The notes beneath the pieces were generated by a model that saw only the letters and a list, made by a program, of their open reading frames with translations, did no database searches and was not told the origin of the DNA. This document shows positions 1 through 15,900 of a DNA stretch of 64,000 nucleotides, in pieces. Every line of letters starts with the position of its first letter. The first letter of the stretch is position 1. Source of the stretch: Tubulanus polymorphus (taxonomy: Eukaryota; Animalia; Nemertea); contig NC_134025.1 of NCBI RefSeq assembly GCF_964204645.1, positions 29,616,299 to 29,680,298 of the forward strand. Reading direction: 5' to 3'. Both the position numbers and the translations under genes were made by a program.

Positions 1-969
1 ATGAAAAATCATTGAATAGAAGACCTTTCCGTCCAAACGGATCTACCATCAGCCCCTATCAGCGCCAATTGTCACCACGCATTCGTAACTAAACTGTTCA
101 CAAAAAGAAAGTTTTACGAAGATTTTCGCGGCCACGAGAATGACTCAATAAGCCGCCGGAATATCGCGAAAAATATTTGCACGTGATACAGAAATCAATG
201 CGTACATCTTCATCCATAATGATTGCTTGTCAACGACAATGAACGCCCGAGAAATGGTGATACCGAGCGAGCACCCGAATGGCGTAAGCTGCTTATAGTC
301 GTCATGTGGATTTAAGCAAGCATATGATGATATGAAATGAGATATCGGCAGAAACGAGAAAATTGTGCAGCGAAATTGATCCTGGTGACGAGTTGAAATT
401 CGTCGTCGTCTACGGAACGTCTGAAACCATACAGCTGTCTGATAGACAACGACAGTCCGTCTGTCCGTCAGACTCGTTTAATGCTGCCAATCTCACCGCT
501 AATTGCCATCGTAATATTCATTAGACGTCGTTAGTAGGGGGTATTCGAGTATAATTTCCCTTTCACTTTGAACGAGGTATCGAGGTACTTATCGCTGCCG
601 CGTGATGCGGTAGTTTCAGCCACTTCGGTTACACTAGTTGAAGAACAGAGTGACAGTGATAGTAATTGATGGGTATCTCTATTGTTTCGCTAATATTGTG
701 TGCGCATTTGTTTGAAAATATATATTACTCAAATACGTATGAATTTCTTTCGCTGCTCAAGCCTCAAAATTGGACATTATCAGCAAGTTTGTGATCTCTT
801 CTCCCCCTCAACTCGCTGATCATCACTCGAGACATTGATAGCGGGTTCGAGGAACCCCTCCCCCCCCATATAAGGGAGGCCTGAGAAAAGCCATTGACCA
901 AGAAATAAAATTGTGCAGACCAGTGACCGACAGCTTGAACCCACTTCATCACGTTTTTTTTATACGTAC

Positions 970-3900
970 CTTCAATTGTCATCATCGTTCTCAGTTCTCT
1001 GTTCAAAAGATCGAATCTTCTTTCGAGATCGTCTTCTTTTTCTCTGAAAATATGAGGAAAAAAATCAGAAGCAAAATATAGCTGAGACATTTCTAATTTC
1101 TTGTCAATTACAATAGAACATGAATGCGTGTTTATATTTGATGAGTAGTTTTCTATTACGAACAAACGCTTTTCTAGTTCTTTGTGTGATTTAATTCCGT
1201 TATTGTGAGTGCCAATTTTTGGGGTGGGTTCGTAATGGATACAAAACAATAGATAACCAGCTTTCTATTGATAAAGACCAGTCTTAAAGTAAATATCCTC
1301 ACAGTTGTTTGATATAAAATACGTTTTTGTGGAATAGTTTAGTATTTCTTGACACAGTCATTGTGCTAGTGTATAGTATAGCCATTAGGTAACCCAAACC
1401 TTACCCCCATGGTCTCGGTAAACATTCAAATTCCACCCTCACTGCGCCTTTTGTGAAAAGCCTTCCATTAATCTATTTCAGTAAATGATTAAGAAGAAAC
1501 AGGCCTGTAGTAAAGCAGGCCACGCAAAACGCTAGACAAATGATTTAATGAGATGATATGTATTCAGGATGGTGGATAAAGTATGATATCAAGGGCATAT
1601 TTAGGTGTAGTATGGTCCAAAGTAGGCCAAAATAAGATCCAAAATGATCAAAAGGAACTGAAAAGGCCAGAAAAGGCCCAAATCCACCCTCTTCAGATAA
1701 AGTGCTCATCCCAATTTTCAGGAGTCCATCCCGTTCAAAAATTCCTAGATACACCCATAAAAATTTCCAAGTCTTTTGAATATAATGATTAATTACCTAA
1801 ACGGCGTAGTAGAATGAAAGAGTTATTCACATTATTTACAACCTTATTCAATAGTCATAAACATCATTCATAATTTGTGAATCGGTAAGTCAAACCGTGC
1901 GCAGGGGTCTCTATCTTCGAGACACAATGGAACCCAATACAGCTGGCATTTCGTGTAGAATAATATTAGCTCAGTCAATTTCAAATCATGTCAGAGAGAG
2001 AGAGACAACCTCTAGAGCGGACCCGCGTACACTCAAAATCACTAACTCAATGAATTATGGATACTCGAGTGATAAAAAACGGATTGGACAAATACTCGCC
2101 AAACAAACCATATCGACTTAAAGCACTCTGTCTTGCACGAAGCGCTGGTTTTCTTTTTAGTCAACAAGCCTAATTGGAGGCTATCAGACGCTTTCAATGC
2201 TCGACTATGTGCCAAAGTATACGATTTCAAGCACGCAGTAGACAAATTGAGCGTCACTCAAAAAAGCCATTCACCGCCGGAAAAAAATGTCATCAAATTC
2301 TTTAATCGGATGCCTGTTTTGTGCGCACGTCATGAAAACTAAGAAGCATTTCGAGTAATGTTTGATCTTTTGACACAACTTTTTTCGGTTCCGCATAAAA
2401 CTATAATTATACAGCGATAAAAAGCGGTTCATTGATCAGTTCAGGAAAATCACCGAGGAGGGGGGAGGGGGAGGTGGTCGTCATTCAGAGAAATATTCAT
2501 TGCCTATATGATCTCAATAGTAGTCCAAAAACTAGTCTATTTGTAAATGATATCTGAGTTGGATGGCTGTATTGCCTTATGATTGTTTAAGTATTGCAAT
2601 TGCTTAAGTGGAGCGGTGTGGCCGAGTGGGAAGCCAGGTCGTGGGTTCGAACCCCGTACATTGCCGTAGTGTCCTCGGGCAAGACACTTATCCTCATTGC
2701 CTCTCTCCACCCGGGAGTAAATGGGTACCTGTGACTCCTGAGCTCGGTGTTACTTCTCCCCAGGGAGAGATGACTGATACATGTTAGAGTATAAAATTGG
2801 CCGGGGTAATAATACCGAAAATGTAAAGCGCTCAGAGCAGCCTGGCTGGATTTAGCGCTATATAAGACACATATTATCATTATCATTATTATTATTATTA
2901 TCATTATTATTATTATTAAAGTCAAACTCAGGTATGTCGTCACATCACTGAAGACGTCACAACTTTTCGAGTCCGAATTAGTGCATTTCCAGTTCAATTT
3001 ACTCATGGTAAATGATCTCATTTTATAAGGTGTCGACATAATGATCGTCCCAGCTACGACACCTTAACGGAGTTTCACTGCATTTACATTTTTCAACAAA
3101 CATCCCTATAGTTGATCGGATCACGAATGAATCCTACTGTATAACCAACACGATAATGATGTGTAATTCTAAATTCATATATTTACTGTAATGTAAATTC
3201 GGAATATATTTACAATGGAAACATATTCTATTTGTTCACAGTTGTACACATCGGTAACTGTCGATGAGAGTAATAAAAGCCGTGACACGAGAAACAGATG
3301 ACACAGTCCTCTTATCACACGCCGTTCTATAGAACATGTATAACACTCCAGTTGGTCATCTCGAACAGGTGACACAGCTAACTGTACTCTTAACGCCAAC
3401 CACGAACCACTCTACCAGTTAGTTCAGGCAATGTTCAAGCTTTAGTTTTTTTTTTTTTACTCAATTCAAAAGCAATCGATATCTTTAAAAAGGGAACGAC
3501 GAATTCATCGTATCGAACAATGTTTTCGATCTCATGAAAAGCTAATCGTTAAACATTCGGCTTTTGAGATATTTGATCAGAGATATGTTCAGTAAATACT
3601 GACTGTTTATTGTCGAACGTAGAAAATTTGTAAAGATCTGTTGAGTAAGAATTATGCTTCATAAAAGGAAAGGTGAAAAATTAATCACTCTAATTGCCGA
3701 CCGCTGAGATGAGGAAAACTTCATTAATTAGTCTTATTAATGACTAACCACAGATCGTAGCGACTAATTATGAAATGCCCTCAACCCCCCCCCCCCCCAC
3801 GAACAGTGTTGATTATTCGGTACACAATGTAACAGTAGTTTACAATGGATGGACAGACGCCACTCTCTGACTTCAACTCGACTTCATCCCGTCAATGACA

Positions 3901-6900
3901 TCATCGAAACGCATGACAAATCGTCGAACTAATTAATTATTTCAGACGACCGGTACAACAAACGTTTGTATCATACTGAGAACACCGGTCGTCACTTTCA
4001 TCGCGATCACCAGGGGGCGTGGGCATTACCCCGGGTCGACGCTATGAAAGCCTGTAACATCCATTATCTGTAATATCCGGAGTTTTTGCTGCGTTAAGAC
4101 GCGGATACATCAGCGAACAGGACGTGTCCCCAGGTAGACAATTCCCTGTCTTGATTGCTTCTTAATACTCTGACTTCCTTCTTTACCAGTCGCAAATCGC
4201 AATGAAATATATTAGGGTCGGATTGCCGGCGTATTCCGCGATCGATGTTTGAGGGTCGGGAATACCGAGACCTCGTCGTGCGTTACGCTTAAATCTTGTC
4301 TCGGTTGAAAGTTTGTTAAAAGCTTTCTAAACTTACTGAACAGATGAATCACAGAGCTTTAAAACACTTAAAGGATCACGTAGGATATGAGAATATTGCG
4401 GTGCCGGGTCGCGACGATTTCACCGACGAAATCTTTAAGATATTATATTCCCCTAATGTAACGTCCCCGACGGCCTTAAATATGAATCATTTTGATCACC
4501 TTTCACAGAACAGCATCGCGCAAGATTATATTCTACACAGTCTCCATGCTTAATACCGATCCATTATAGTCCCTCTTTTTCGCTATATCAGTTTTCGGAA
4601 GTGTCTTCGTACCAAATTCTATTTTTTGCTCTTAAAAATACTGAGATGAGTTGAAGAGTAATGTAAAAGTTTTCAAGTTGTCAACTATGGCACTTATTGA
4701 TGCTTTTAAACATAGTTTTTAAGAAAAACATTTTTAAGTGTAATCATCTTTTTATATCTATCTGATATGCAATGTTTTTGTGTATCTCAACAATTTTTAA
4801 GTGTTAATATTTTTTTTTAAGTGCAGTGATTTCAACAGTTACTGCGCTATATAAGAAAATTATCATTATCATTATAATGACCTATGCCTCAGGGTTGAAC
4901 CATATATTAAACTTTTTGACCAGCCATGATACGAGTCCATCAAGTTCATCTGGCAACAAGAAATTGAGCACGACATTTGGGAATTGGTAAAACATATAAT
5001 TAGAAGATTATTTTCACCTAAATTAACAAGTACTTGGGATACAAACAAGTGAACTATAGTCAATTACATAAGGAAAGGTGTTCGCACAATTGATGGCTCT
5101 GAATCAAGGATTAACACTAATCTAGTAATTGTATATAATGTAACCATCAATTTACCTAATGAAACCACTTTTACTTGAATCAACTGGGAAAGGCAAACAA
5201 TCTTGAGAAACCAGCCAATTTTCACCATACTGACAATGAGGTGTGTCTAGCTAACTGGAAACATGGCTACAACACCAGATCACACACCCATCTAATGATA
5301 TAACTGACCATACAATATGGTATTTCTAAAGGCAGGACACACATAATTAAAATGTATCATGAAAATTCAATTATTGCCTGCCATTTCTAAGAAGTTGTCA
5401 TCAACCCAAGACATAAGCGCGAAATGTGGGTTAATTAACGAGTAAATGAACAGCTCGAAACCTGGGATAACGAGGTGGGGGGGGATTCTCCTCTGAGACC
5501 AGTTTCATAGAAACAATTCAACCAACAATCTTCATCCTAAAACTCCATGTTTTCGAGAACAATTCAAACTTTTTCCCAGAAAATTCGTAACAATAAGTAC
5601 GGTTTTAAATTGGTCTGTTCCAGGTACAGACCAAATTAGAACGAACTCACCACCGTTTAGTGCAAGAAGAGCAGAATGTGAAGACTTTCTCTTATAGTAT
5701 TTCAATATAATCCGAGTATTCTATGCATGTAATATTATAACCAGTAATTACAAGCTCACAACTACTGATATTTGATACGCTAAACACCGATATCTACAGG
5801 TAAATCGAGACAATTCATACTTGAAAAGCTTTTTCACGATGATCCACTTCTCCGCATTTTTTTTCGCACGTCATTTTTACCGCGTCTTTTTTTCCCGATC
5901 TCTTATCGAATACGAAGGAATAAGCTACTTATCAACACAGATACGTCGTATTCACGAGGCAAAGGTCACGTTTTTTCTCGCTAAGATTTCATCCTTCCTT
6001 ACGACGAAGGTGTTGATTTTTTTTCGCTAGAAACCCAAGTATGCCGCGCCGAAAAAAGCGACTCTTCTAATGATAAGCCGTTAGAGTGAAGATTATGATA
6101 ACAGAATGTATTCACCGATATATTGTATTTACTTACAGTATATTCAGTTGCATTTGACGTCTGATAAGAGCGTTCTTCTTATTCACTAATAAAAACCATT
6201 CTTGCATCAAACGATCCTCATCTTCTTTCAAACCTAGAAATAACAACATCATTTATGAGTACTCGATACAAAATTCTTCATCAACAGATTTTTCTAGAAT
6301 TGGGTTCTCTGTGTACATCAAATAGAAATCTTCAGCAGATATTTCTCAAGAAAAGTTGAGCAAAATCTGAAATGTATCGTCGAGTTAGTAGTTTCACAAT
6401 GTTTCGACTAAAATCAGTCATCTTCAGGAATACCACAGTTACAACAAGATTATGAGATATATCTACAATCCAGAACAAGCATAATAATCAAACAATAATT
6501 AAGTAACGCGAGAGAGAATTGTTTCTTCACTGAATATTGTTGCAACTCTAGCGAAGATGACTATGAGGATATAGTCGAAACGTTAAAATGAACCACTAGC
6601 TCCAGGAAATATTTCAGACTCTAGTTATTCACTTTTATAGTGAGATTTTGAGTTATCGTTTAAACACAGACTCAGAGTGTTTCATCAATAGTTACATTCT
6701 TCCTGTGATACTGTATCAAGTAGGGATAGATTAACTCACAATAAACAAAGTATCAGATTCTCTTCGATTTGATCCCGAGCCAAATTTAGATATTCAAAAG
6801 TGTGACTAAATAACTCAGTAAACATTTGGTAACAGTAGAGGGTTCGATGTGACAATAGGACGCCCACATGTCTATTCTATATTAGTATTAGATAACCTCA

Positions 6901-9900
6901 GATAATACAAATACATTACATCAACTGAGGCAAATATCTGAAAACATGGCTTTCTTCAGCCGGAGATGACTTTATTTGTGCTTTTAGATGCTTCCAAATG
7001 AATAAATACCGGAAATAACACAAATAAATTGCGCCAACCACAAAATGAGCACACTCAATTGTGTATGGGCTCCCATCATTAGATATTCAAAGGTTTCCTA
7101 GGCTTATCTGCAGATGCCGATGAACCCATATAACGGAGAAATCTGCCGCACGCATCGCAATCATTATTAGCCCGACACGAGACATTGGAAAATCGGAAAG
7201 ACAGGAGATAATTCATATGATAAATAAATGACGCGGCTGGAGGTTACATTTACACGGTATCCGTAAATACTGCACAAAAACTAGCGAAATACATAAATGT
7301 AGAATCAGCAAATACTGCAGAAACTAGGATTTAACATTTATGTAGAAATTGGATTAAAAGGTATGAAATGTAACATTACGATCATTCTTGTTGATTATCA
7401 CTCAATTAGCACTCGGTTACATAACGGCTGAATTTCAGAGAATCTCGATAATGAGTTTTGAGAAGTAAGATAGCTGGAGGGTTGCGAGTGGGTGACAGTA
7501 CAGATGAAAGAACAGATAGACCAGTAAATGGGAACTGATATCAGTGAAAACAGTTGGCAATGTTGACAAAGTTAAACCGAAGTCTCTCGTAACCATTAAT
7601 GGTAACATTATCAACAACATTCCTCTCTTTGTGTCATCTATCGATTGGAATACTTGAACAGTTCCATACAGAAGAGAGAGAGAGAGAGCAGCTGGTCTCT
7701 TGCCATGTGGTTTACTTCTGTATCTCTCGTACCACTTACAGCGAGCAAGGCCTTTTTCTTGTACCTTTAATGGTGAGCAAACACTTGCCAAATGGAAACT
7801 TTCACGCAAGATTGCTACTCGAGTTCACGAGTGTAACTACAGTCCCGGGCAATCGGACCTTATACGAGATCAATTCAGATATACAGTTGGTAAATCATTT
7901 TCACTGTCCATTTCCATAGAGATTGTATAGAAGTCTAAAGCAGATGAAGTGTATCTTCCACATAGTCTAGATTTCCTATTTTAAACTCATTTAGATAAGT
8001 CTAATGCTTATAATGCACTAATAATGACTTCTTATTAATTAAATTTCTCAAAATTGTCTGGGGCAGGACTCTCTTCGTTTTTAGGTTCACGTAAAGTCTT
8101 CAGTACTCCCCTTGTCAGGATTAGAAATGATACCCTGTTCAAGATTTTTTGCCCCTTTTACAGGCAAATACAGTCTCATTAGCACCTTCGATCTGGTCCT
8201 GGTATAACAAACCTCATAGGGATATTTCACAGTAATAGAAATATAATATAAATATTATAAATAATCAATATTTCACTGAGACAAATAAAGAACATTTCGA
8301 ATATTGAACAATGTCATATTAGTTCCTATAGCGCGTGTTAAATCAGTGGTGGCAGCACGTGCTAGTCAGTCACATGATTCGTACCTTCATTCATAGCTTT
8401 ACGTAATGATTTTTCTAGTTTATCTGCCTGTTCGTCGATCTGTTTCTGTTCTCTTTCTAACGACAACATCTCAGTCAAAACGTACTGACTTTTATCCAGT
8501 AAATCCTGAGCGAAATGCGACAAGAAAATTAGATGAAAATATATCCTCTAAATCGTAAAATTATCAGCGGTAAATTATAGATTAACAGATAGATACCTCT
8601 CCTTCATTATCAGATAAAAGAGATGAACTCTCACCATCGCTGTCCCAATCATGTTTACTATGCACTGAAACAACAATTACAAAACACAACTTTAATATTT
8701 CATATTTCTTCGCGAATCAGAATGTTACATTCACCAGTTTTACCTCTCGGTGACTCGACTTTTATCAATTTCTTATTGGGAACGTCGTTATCGATGTTTA
8801 ATGAATCGGGCGTATCTACGCAAGGGTCAGTCTGAAAAATATCATTAAAAGAAATTGTATCATAGAAACAATTGTTTCATAGTTCATAGTTTACTCTGTT
8901 TTCGAGTTTTTATTACATCTTATTACTTAATCAGTCTCTTTTTTCTGGATTTATATCTTATCATTTTGACAGAACACTTATGATTATGATAATATATTTT
9001 CTTATATAGTGCAGATCTATAAAATAATTGCTGCGCTTCACAATATAAAACACCGTATAAAGAACTCGTTAAGTATACAATATGCATCGTAAAACAATAC
9101 AGAGTAGAACAAAATATGATTTGAAAATATCAACGGATGGAGTTTCTCTCACAGATTTAGGCAGTTTGTTCCTGACAATTGGACTAATATATTCAAAAGA
9201 TTGACTGCCATACAAAATAGTATTCACTAGTATTCTTGAAGATGACTTACTATTAGGATATATGGTCGAAACCTTGAATGAATCAGAAACTCATGGAAAC
9301 ATTGTTGAATTTTATATCATCTTTAGAACACGACAGAAAATTTCATCAACGGCATTTAACTTTAGTCATTATTATTCAAAGATGAAACAGAGAATTCCCC
9401 CGCTGAGACACTACTCCAAAAAGATGTGTTTCAGGGTTTTTCCGCAAAAAGCTGCATAAACAGATTTCACAGTTAGAGTATTGTCTATACGCAAGCAAAT
9501 ATCTTAATAACCTCATTCATTATTATTCATAGACCAAACAGAGATTCCCCCATTGAGCCACTATTCCAAAAAGATGTTTCAGGGTCTCTACATAGAAAAA
9601 GCTGCGTAAACAGATTTCATAAAGGCACCCCCCCCCCCTGATAATTAGTTTATAATTTACAGCGAATTTAACCCCACCGCGCACAGGGGTTAATGAATAA
9701 ATAGATAGGGACCCGACGCCTTTAGCTTCATTAAATAACAACACAAAAAACACCGACAATCCGGCTGAATCAACAAATCTCCATCCACCAAACAAGCATG
9801 AAAATGCAGCTTTACTGATGAATCAATAAGATTAACTGGTAATCAGTGTTGTACCGTAGAACGTTCGCTGGTCTCGTACAGGTGTGACACGAACCGACCA

Positions 9901-12900
9901 CCGACGGACAGCAATCAATCTCCTGTATTGTCTTAGATGCAACATGAGAAAAGACGACACCGTTCTCGCCCCGGTCGTCCGCTCGAGTCCGGCCGGAAAA
10001 TGCGACGCGTTCGCAGCGGGATATTTTCATTGAACTCGAGAAAATAAATTGATCACGTCCGGGCAACGGTAACAATGGAAAAACACCGGCGCAAAAAATA
10101 GTCTCATCGGTCGGTCGTCTGGTGGTGCGGGAGATGATGATCAGATCATCTGACTGTAACTCTGACCCCTGAAGGGTTTTAACTATTCACAGATTAAGAC
10201 TGCGTTATACAATACAGTGTTCTAGTGACCACAGGGGGTCACATACTTCTTCTTAGTTGTCAAGGCGCATATTTCCAGCGAAGTTCGGATGGAAATAATC
10301 CACCCGAAATGAAACTATTGTCTAAAAGAAAAAAAACACGCGTAGAAGCATATTCTCATAAAATGTCTTTAAAATAATTCGCTCCTCGTCAGATTTAGAT
10401 TCAGTATTGAATATCAAATCTCTAATTCATAAGGTTTTAAATATCAGTGGTGACACAATGACTCATCGGTTTGTGAAGATATGAATTTGAAATTAGTTGT
10501 ATAATATTCTCTCTCTTTCTCTCTCTCTCTGACCACAGATATCAAACAAAGCTGTTATGTAATCTAGTTATAGGGGACACCTGTCTTCAGAAGATAGACA
10601 CGTGGTCTGACTGGGTCTACCCCTATGGGCCTACCCCGGGGTTCAACAGCCTTTGAGCAAATTTTCAAAAGATCAGTCAAAATTTCATCTCCTTGTTACC
10701 GTTGATACGCAAAACAAAATTCATCAGTTTCAAACTCAATTACTTGAGATTCTCTAAGAATGAGGGAATTAGTAAGGGTTCGACTCCCTTTAAGCTGAAA
10801 GGGGATGAATTCTAAGATTCTCTATGAGAGGGTTCGCTCAGAGGGGTTGGTTCTCAATATGCTGAGATACCCTACTTCTGAGAGGGTTTTCTGCGAGGAT
10901 TTAAGCTGAAAAGGGGTGTTATTTCTGAGATTCAGCTGAGAGGAGTTTGGTTCCATATAAACACTGACAGGGATTGTTTTTCGAGATACCCTATATCTTT
11001 GAGAGGGTTGACTGAAAGGGGGGGTTGGCAATAGAAATGTCATTCCATAAATCACCTGATTATCATCGCACATGATTATAAGCTTTATAGAAGGCAGACT
11101 AATAACACATTAGATGACAATGCCTCGAGGCTTATTGAATTCTGATCTGTATAATTAACAGAACTATCCCATCTCCTATCCCATCTCACAGGTGTGAGAA
11201 ATGTCCAATATTCTATATAAATTCAAAACTAATTACGAGTTTTCGAACGCTTTCACGTCACAATATCGGGGTAAAAATCATGAAATACGATTCGATCTTT
11301 TATCGAAGTCAAGTTTCTACCACAAACAAAGGCGTCTTACGATGTATTCACACAGCAAATTTACAATAAACTGAAAACAAACCATTGTCTACAATTAATT
11401 AAATCATCGTCCAATTGATTAATGTAGGGCACGAATTTATCTATAAAAACCAGTGATTTTCTGAGTATATAAATTATTCAGTGATACCGACTATTTCCCT
11501 TCCGGACAATGTTTAATCTGTAACCGATTCCAATTCACATTAGCACTTTTTCAATTTTTAATGCAGTATTGATGAAGCTGTAATCTACTGTGTGATGCCC
11601 TGGTGTAAGTGATATCGCCGGTTTAGTTGTGACATTACCGTGTTTCCTCACACCCTTCGCTCTGTAAAATGTTTACTCAAGGATTACCGAGCCCCGGACC
11701 CCGACTCACGTATATAATCTATTAATTTTATGCGGCTTCGCGTCCGGGTTTTATCAGTATTCGAGCGAGCGCAATTCTGATATCTCAGAGCACGCTACCC
11801 ACGTCGACTTTCATAGAAAGAATATTTTCTTTTTTTGCGGGAAAAATTCAGATTGACAAACCACAACGCATACAGCGAGCGGACTGTGCTCAGAGAGATA
11901 AACATTTAACTGAGAGGAGAGATGATGTTTGCGTGGTTACCGCAATATTTATGTTTTTCTGACCTCATATTACAATATCATTCTCGAGTCAAGACAGATT
12001 TTCATGGTCAAAAAAGATCTGACTTAGGTTGAGTCTACAGTACAATCCAACTCAGATATCGCTCTCATGTCAAACAGATTTTGCCCACTCTTAAAAGATC
12101 TGACACGGGCAGAGTTTACAGTAACGTACAACTCAAATATCGCTCTCAAGCCAGGTAGATTTTCGCATTTCCTAAAAAAAATCATACTTGAACAGAGTCT
12201 ACTGCGATCATCACGATAGAAAACTCTTCATTAACGTCGTTGAATAGATGCAGAATAATCGAATTCAGCCGCAAATTGAGATGAAATCGTCAACAATCAC
12301 CGATGCGTTTATAAAATCAACTGCCTCGCTGAACAATGAATAGATGACTTATTAATTTCATTAACCTTCCCGCAACGGGTCATTACTGCTTCCTACGATA
12401 AACGCTGCTTTAAACTGGCGCGATTTCGCTTCTAAAATTCATCATAAAAAGCGCCAATTAACGGGTATTTTCACGGCTGAGCGCTGTCTCTTCACTGATA
12501 CCGACGCTATTCAATATAACCCGTTATCGGACGACAAAATTTGCGGGATGTTTGACCGCAGTTTACCGCGATTAATTATCGGATAAAAAAACCGTCGACT
12601 TTCATCATCATCGGCAAGACTTATAACGACTCATTTGCATAAGATACTTATGTCTACTTAATAACCGACAAATCGACGACTCTGAGGAAGGAGAGATAGG
12701 TGCGCGCATCGCCTTATCGTTTAACCAACGTTTCCACCTATGACCTCATCAACACTTTACAAAACCCGATTGATTTTCTATATCTATACTGCATTTTTAA
12801 ATAAACATTTGCGGTGGATTAAAAACAGACTTTAATCTGGCCAGAGCTTCAATCTTATACAGGACAGGGATATAAGCTTGTTTTATTCAGTTTTAATCAT

Positions 12901-15900
12901 TTCTTTATTCATCTTAAGTTTGAACCATCAATCACGGATGTATAACCTAGTTAATATGTCCATGCATAAATCAACTTCAAAAAAGTCATATACTCAGGGT
13001 TCTCACAGATCTGGGAATCCCTGATATTTACAATATCTCGACAAAAAAATTCCCTGGTTGATTTACAAGATATCCTCGTTTCATACGTGTACACTAATTG
13101 TATGTACTGTCAATTTTCATTGTCTGTAATATGTATTATACTGTATTTTGTAACTGGCTTTTGCTCTGCGCAAATTTGTAAATTTTGAGAGCAATAAATC
13201 TATCTATCTATCTATCGGTGGCGGCTGTGCTTTCACCAGCAAGAACAAGTTCAAGACATCAAAAGTGTTTTTGATTTTTCCTTGGTTTTGATGAGAAGAG
13301 ACTGAAATCCCTGATTTTCTTACTGATTTTCCTGATCGGTGAGAACCCTGGTGTCCCAGAAGCAATAATTCCGTTAACCCTTTCAGTGCTGATCAATTAA
13401 TACCCTATACTGCTGGAGATAATTTGAAAATCTTTAAAAATTCCACCCTAGTGTGTTGAATAACGGGAATACCGCTATAGTGCGCCTACACCACGGTGCG
13501 GTGTATCGTTAGTTTCTACTATTTCACTATGTTTGACAGGTGCTGCCATTTTTCAAGAGAGATAATTACTAATTACTAATTACATCAATACACCGCAGTG
13601 CAGTGTACTAGCAAAATCTATCACTGATTTATACACTGCACTGCGGTGTAGACGCACTGAAAGGGTTCAGAGCGATAAAATTGATATCTACCTGTCTAGC
13701 CGCTAGCTCTTGTATCTCCGGGTCGTTTGAACCCAGTTTTGAAGCGGTCACTGCTAATGACGCGGCCAACGAAGGCCTCGTCAACATGATCTTTTTCAGT
13801 TTCACGTTCGTGGAGTTCGTTTGAGGACCGGAATCTTCACCTGTTGGTGAAACAAATACAACGATATATACAATATTTCTATCGACGTATAACTTGAACA
13901 AACAATGAACCGGGGTTAAAAATCATCAACCAGTACGACAGTCCCGAGTTGACAGTTGCCTCCAGTAGACACTAGTAGTCAACCATGAACTGCAGAACTG
14001 GATCCATTTATCCGACACCTAAAGGTAAAATGAATTACAGTAAAACGTACATTTCAGTTTAATCATAGAAGATATCTAAGCGATATTGAGGATTGATAAT
14101 CAGTAATTAGTGCAGAAAATGCATTCATTCGATCTATTTTAGGTTAATTGAGACATCAGCAATAATGAACCATGCTACATTCACTTCGACACTGACAGCA
14201 AAATACTAGAAAACTATCACTTCAAAAACAGCGATAAAGGCAACAAACTTTCAACTTTAAATATCATTTCATAGCGAGCTTTAAATGATTTAGTTCACTT
14301 CATTCTAAGTTATAATTTCATTCATGTAATTGTTAATTAAGGTTATTACGGTTTCCTTCAGTAGGACCAGTGGCTCAATAGTTGGTTTAAGCATGGACTC
14401 GAAAAAAGAAAAGTCCATGGTATAGCAACGCAGCTGCAATTGGTAGATCACTTTATGAGCTATCCACTGGTTCAATTCAACCAACTTTTGAGCGACTTCA
14501 ACCTTCGAAGACGTGCATGTATCGAGTATGTGGCAGGGAGTTGTGTGAAAGCATACCGGGTCTTTTAAAACGGTGAAATCTGATATTACTGGTCTTCCGA
14601 AATCTCACTGAAAACAAATAATAAAACTGAATATAACGTGAAGGGTAGGACGGGTCATAGGGGTCCGAGGGGTAGAGCGAGTGACTACAACAAGCGACAA
14701 AGCTAAACGAAATGACGATTGAACCAAAACCGAAGTCGTCAGAATCGGCAAAAATAAGCTGATGATCGGCGGCGGTAAGCGCCTTAGCGAGAAAGTTAAT
14801 TAAACTCTGTAAGGATTTGTAGCGTTCTGTCACAATCACTGAGAACAATCCAACATGATGGCATTAAACCGAAAACGTACATCATTCATCGCAGGCAGAA
14901 GATAATTAATATTTCGTGGCAGGTAAATGTTAAGCAGGTCGTACAACTGCATCCTACTGATTACCGACTATGTTCATCTTCTTTAAACTTGTTGTTTATT
15001 GCTTATAAATATCATATTTATGATCACAATCATACAGTGAAATCACCGAGATGATTTGGTTCGGATCCAACCATGGACTAGAGTCAAATCTGGCCTGTGT
15101 CTAATAAGAGAGCGCGTCCACAGGTAAATCACTTACTTCATACCGTAACACTACCAAAATGATGCTGTGGCAAGCGAGGTGAGTCAATTCTATGGGCTAT
15201 GGTCCACGGCGAACAGGCATGGGCCAATTTGGCAGAGGTGTGAACGATTGAACCAGGCCTAACCTGGCACGGGTCAAAATGCTTTTACCGTATTGTCTAG
15301 AGTGGTATTGTCCAAATAAAGCAAAGCCTACCGCTCATAGTCTTAGATATGACTTGGACCTGCTCCCGATGGTTATAATGAAGTTGTCCGATTGAAGTTG
15401 CCTGAAGAATTCCTATGTAAGGAATAAACTTATTTCCCAACTCAACGTTTCTCTTTCTAAATTATGTTTCATGCTAAGAAACGATTTAAAAATGAAAGGC
15501 GTTGGATACGGGGACGATGTATATTAAAATGGCCGACGGCAGGTGAATTCCGAGAAAACGAGAACACGATGTAAAACGTTGGATTACCGATCACTAAGCT
15601 TACCACAAACTGTGTAATGTTCGGCGCAGCTTTGTTTTTCGACCAAACAATTTACATTTAATGGATTGCACACCTGTGCGCTGGCGAAATTGGAAAAGGA
15701 AATGGTTCTGGTGGCGCTTTGTCACACAGGGAAATAGTTAATCCTTCCTCGGAGCCAGCGCGCACTGCATCGCCGTCAAACAGAACTATACCCCTTTCAC
15801 ACCTCGCACGATTGTTGTCTAAGTTTTCTCTGATAATCCGTGAAACTTGACGGTTTGTTGCGCCATATAAGACGCGCGTATACTTCTAATCTATTTCGCT

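Noticed and set aside
2587-3039. 150-aa ORF with a poly-Ile 'TM' segment
   Set aside because: It is the antisense reading of the SINE and its (ATT)n tail.
4870-5290. Possible LINE 3' fragment (HGYNTRS-like end)
   Set aside because: Too degenerate; no RT motif was recognisable by eye.
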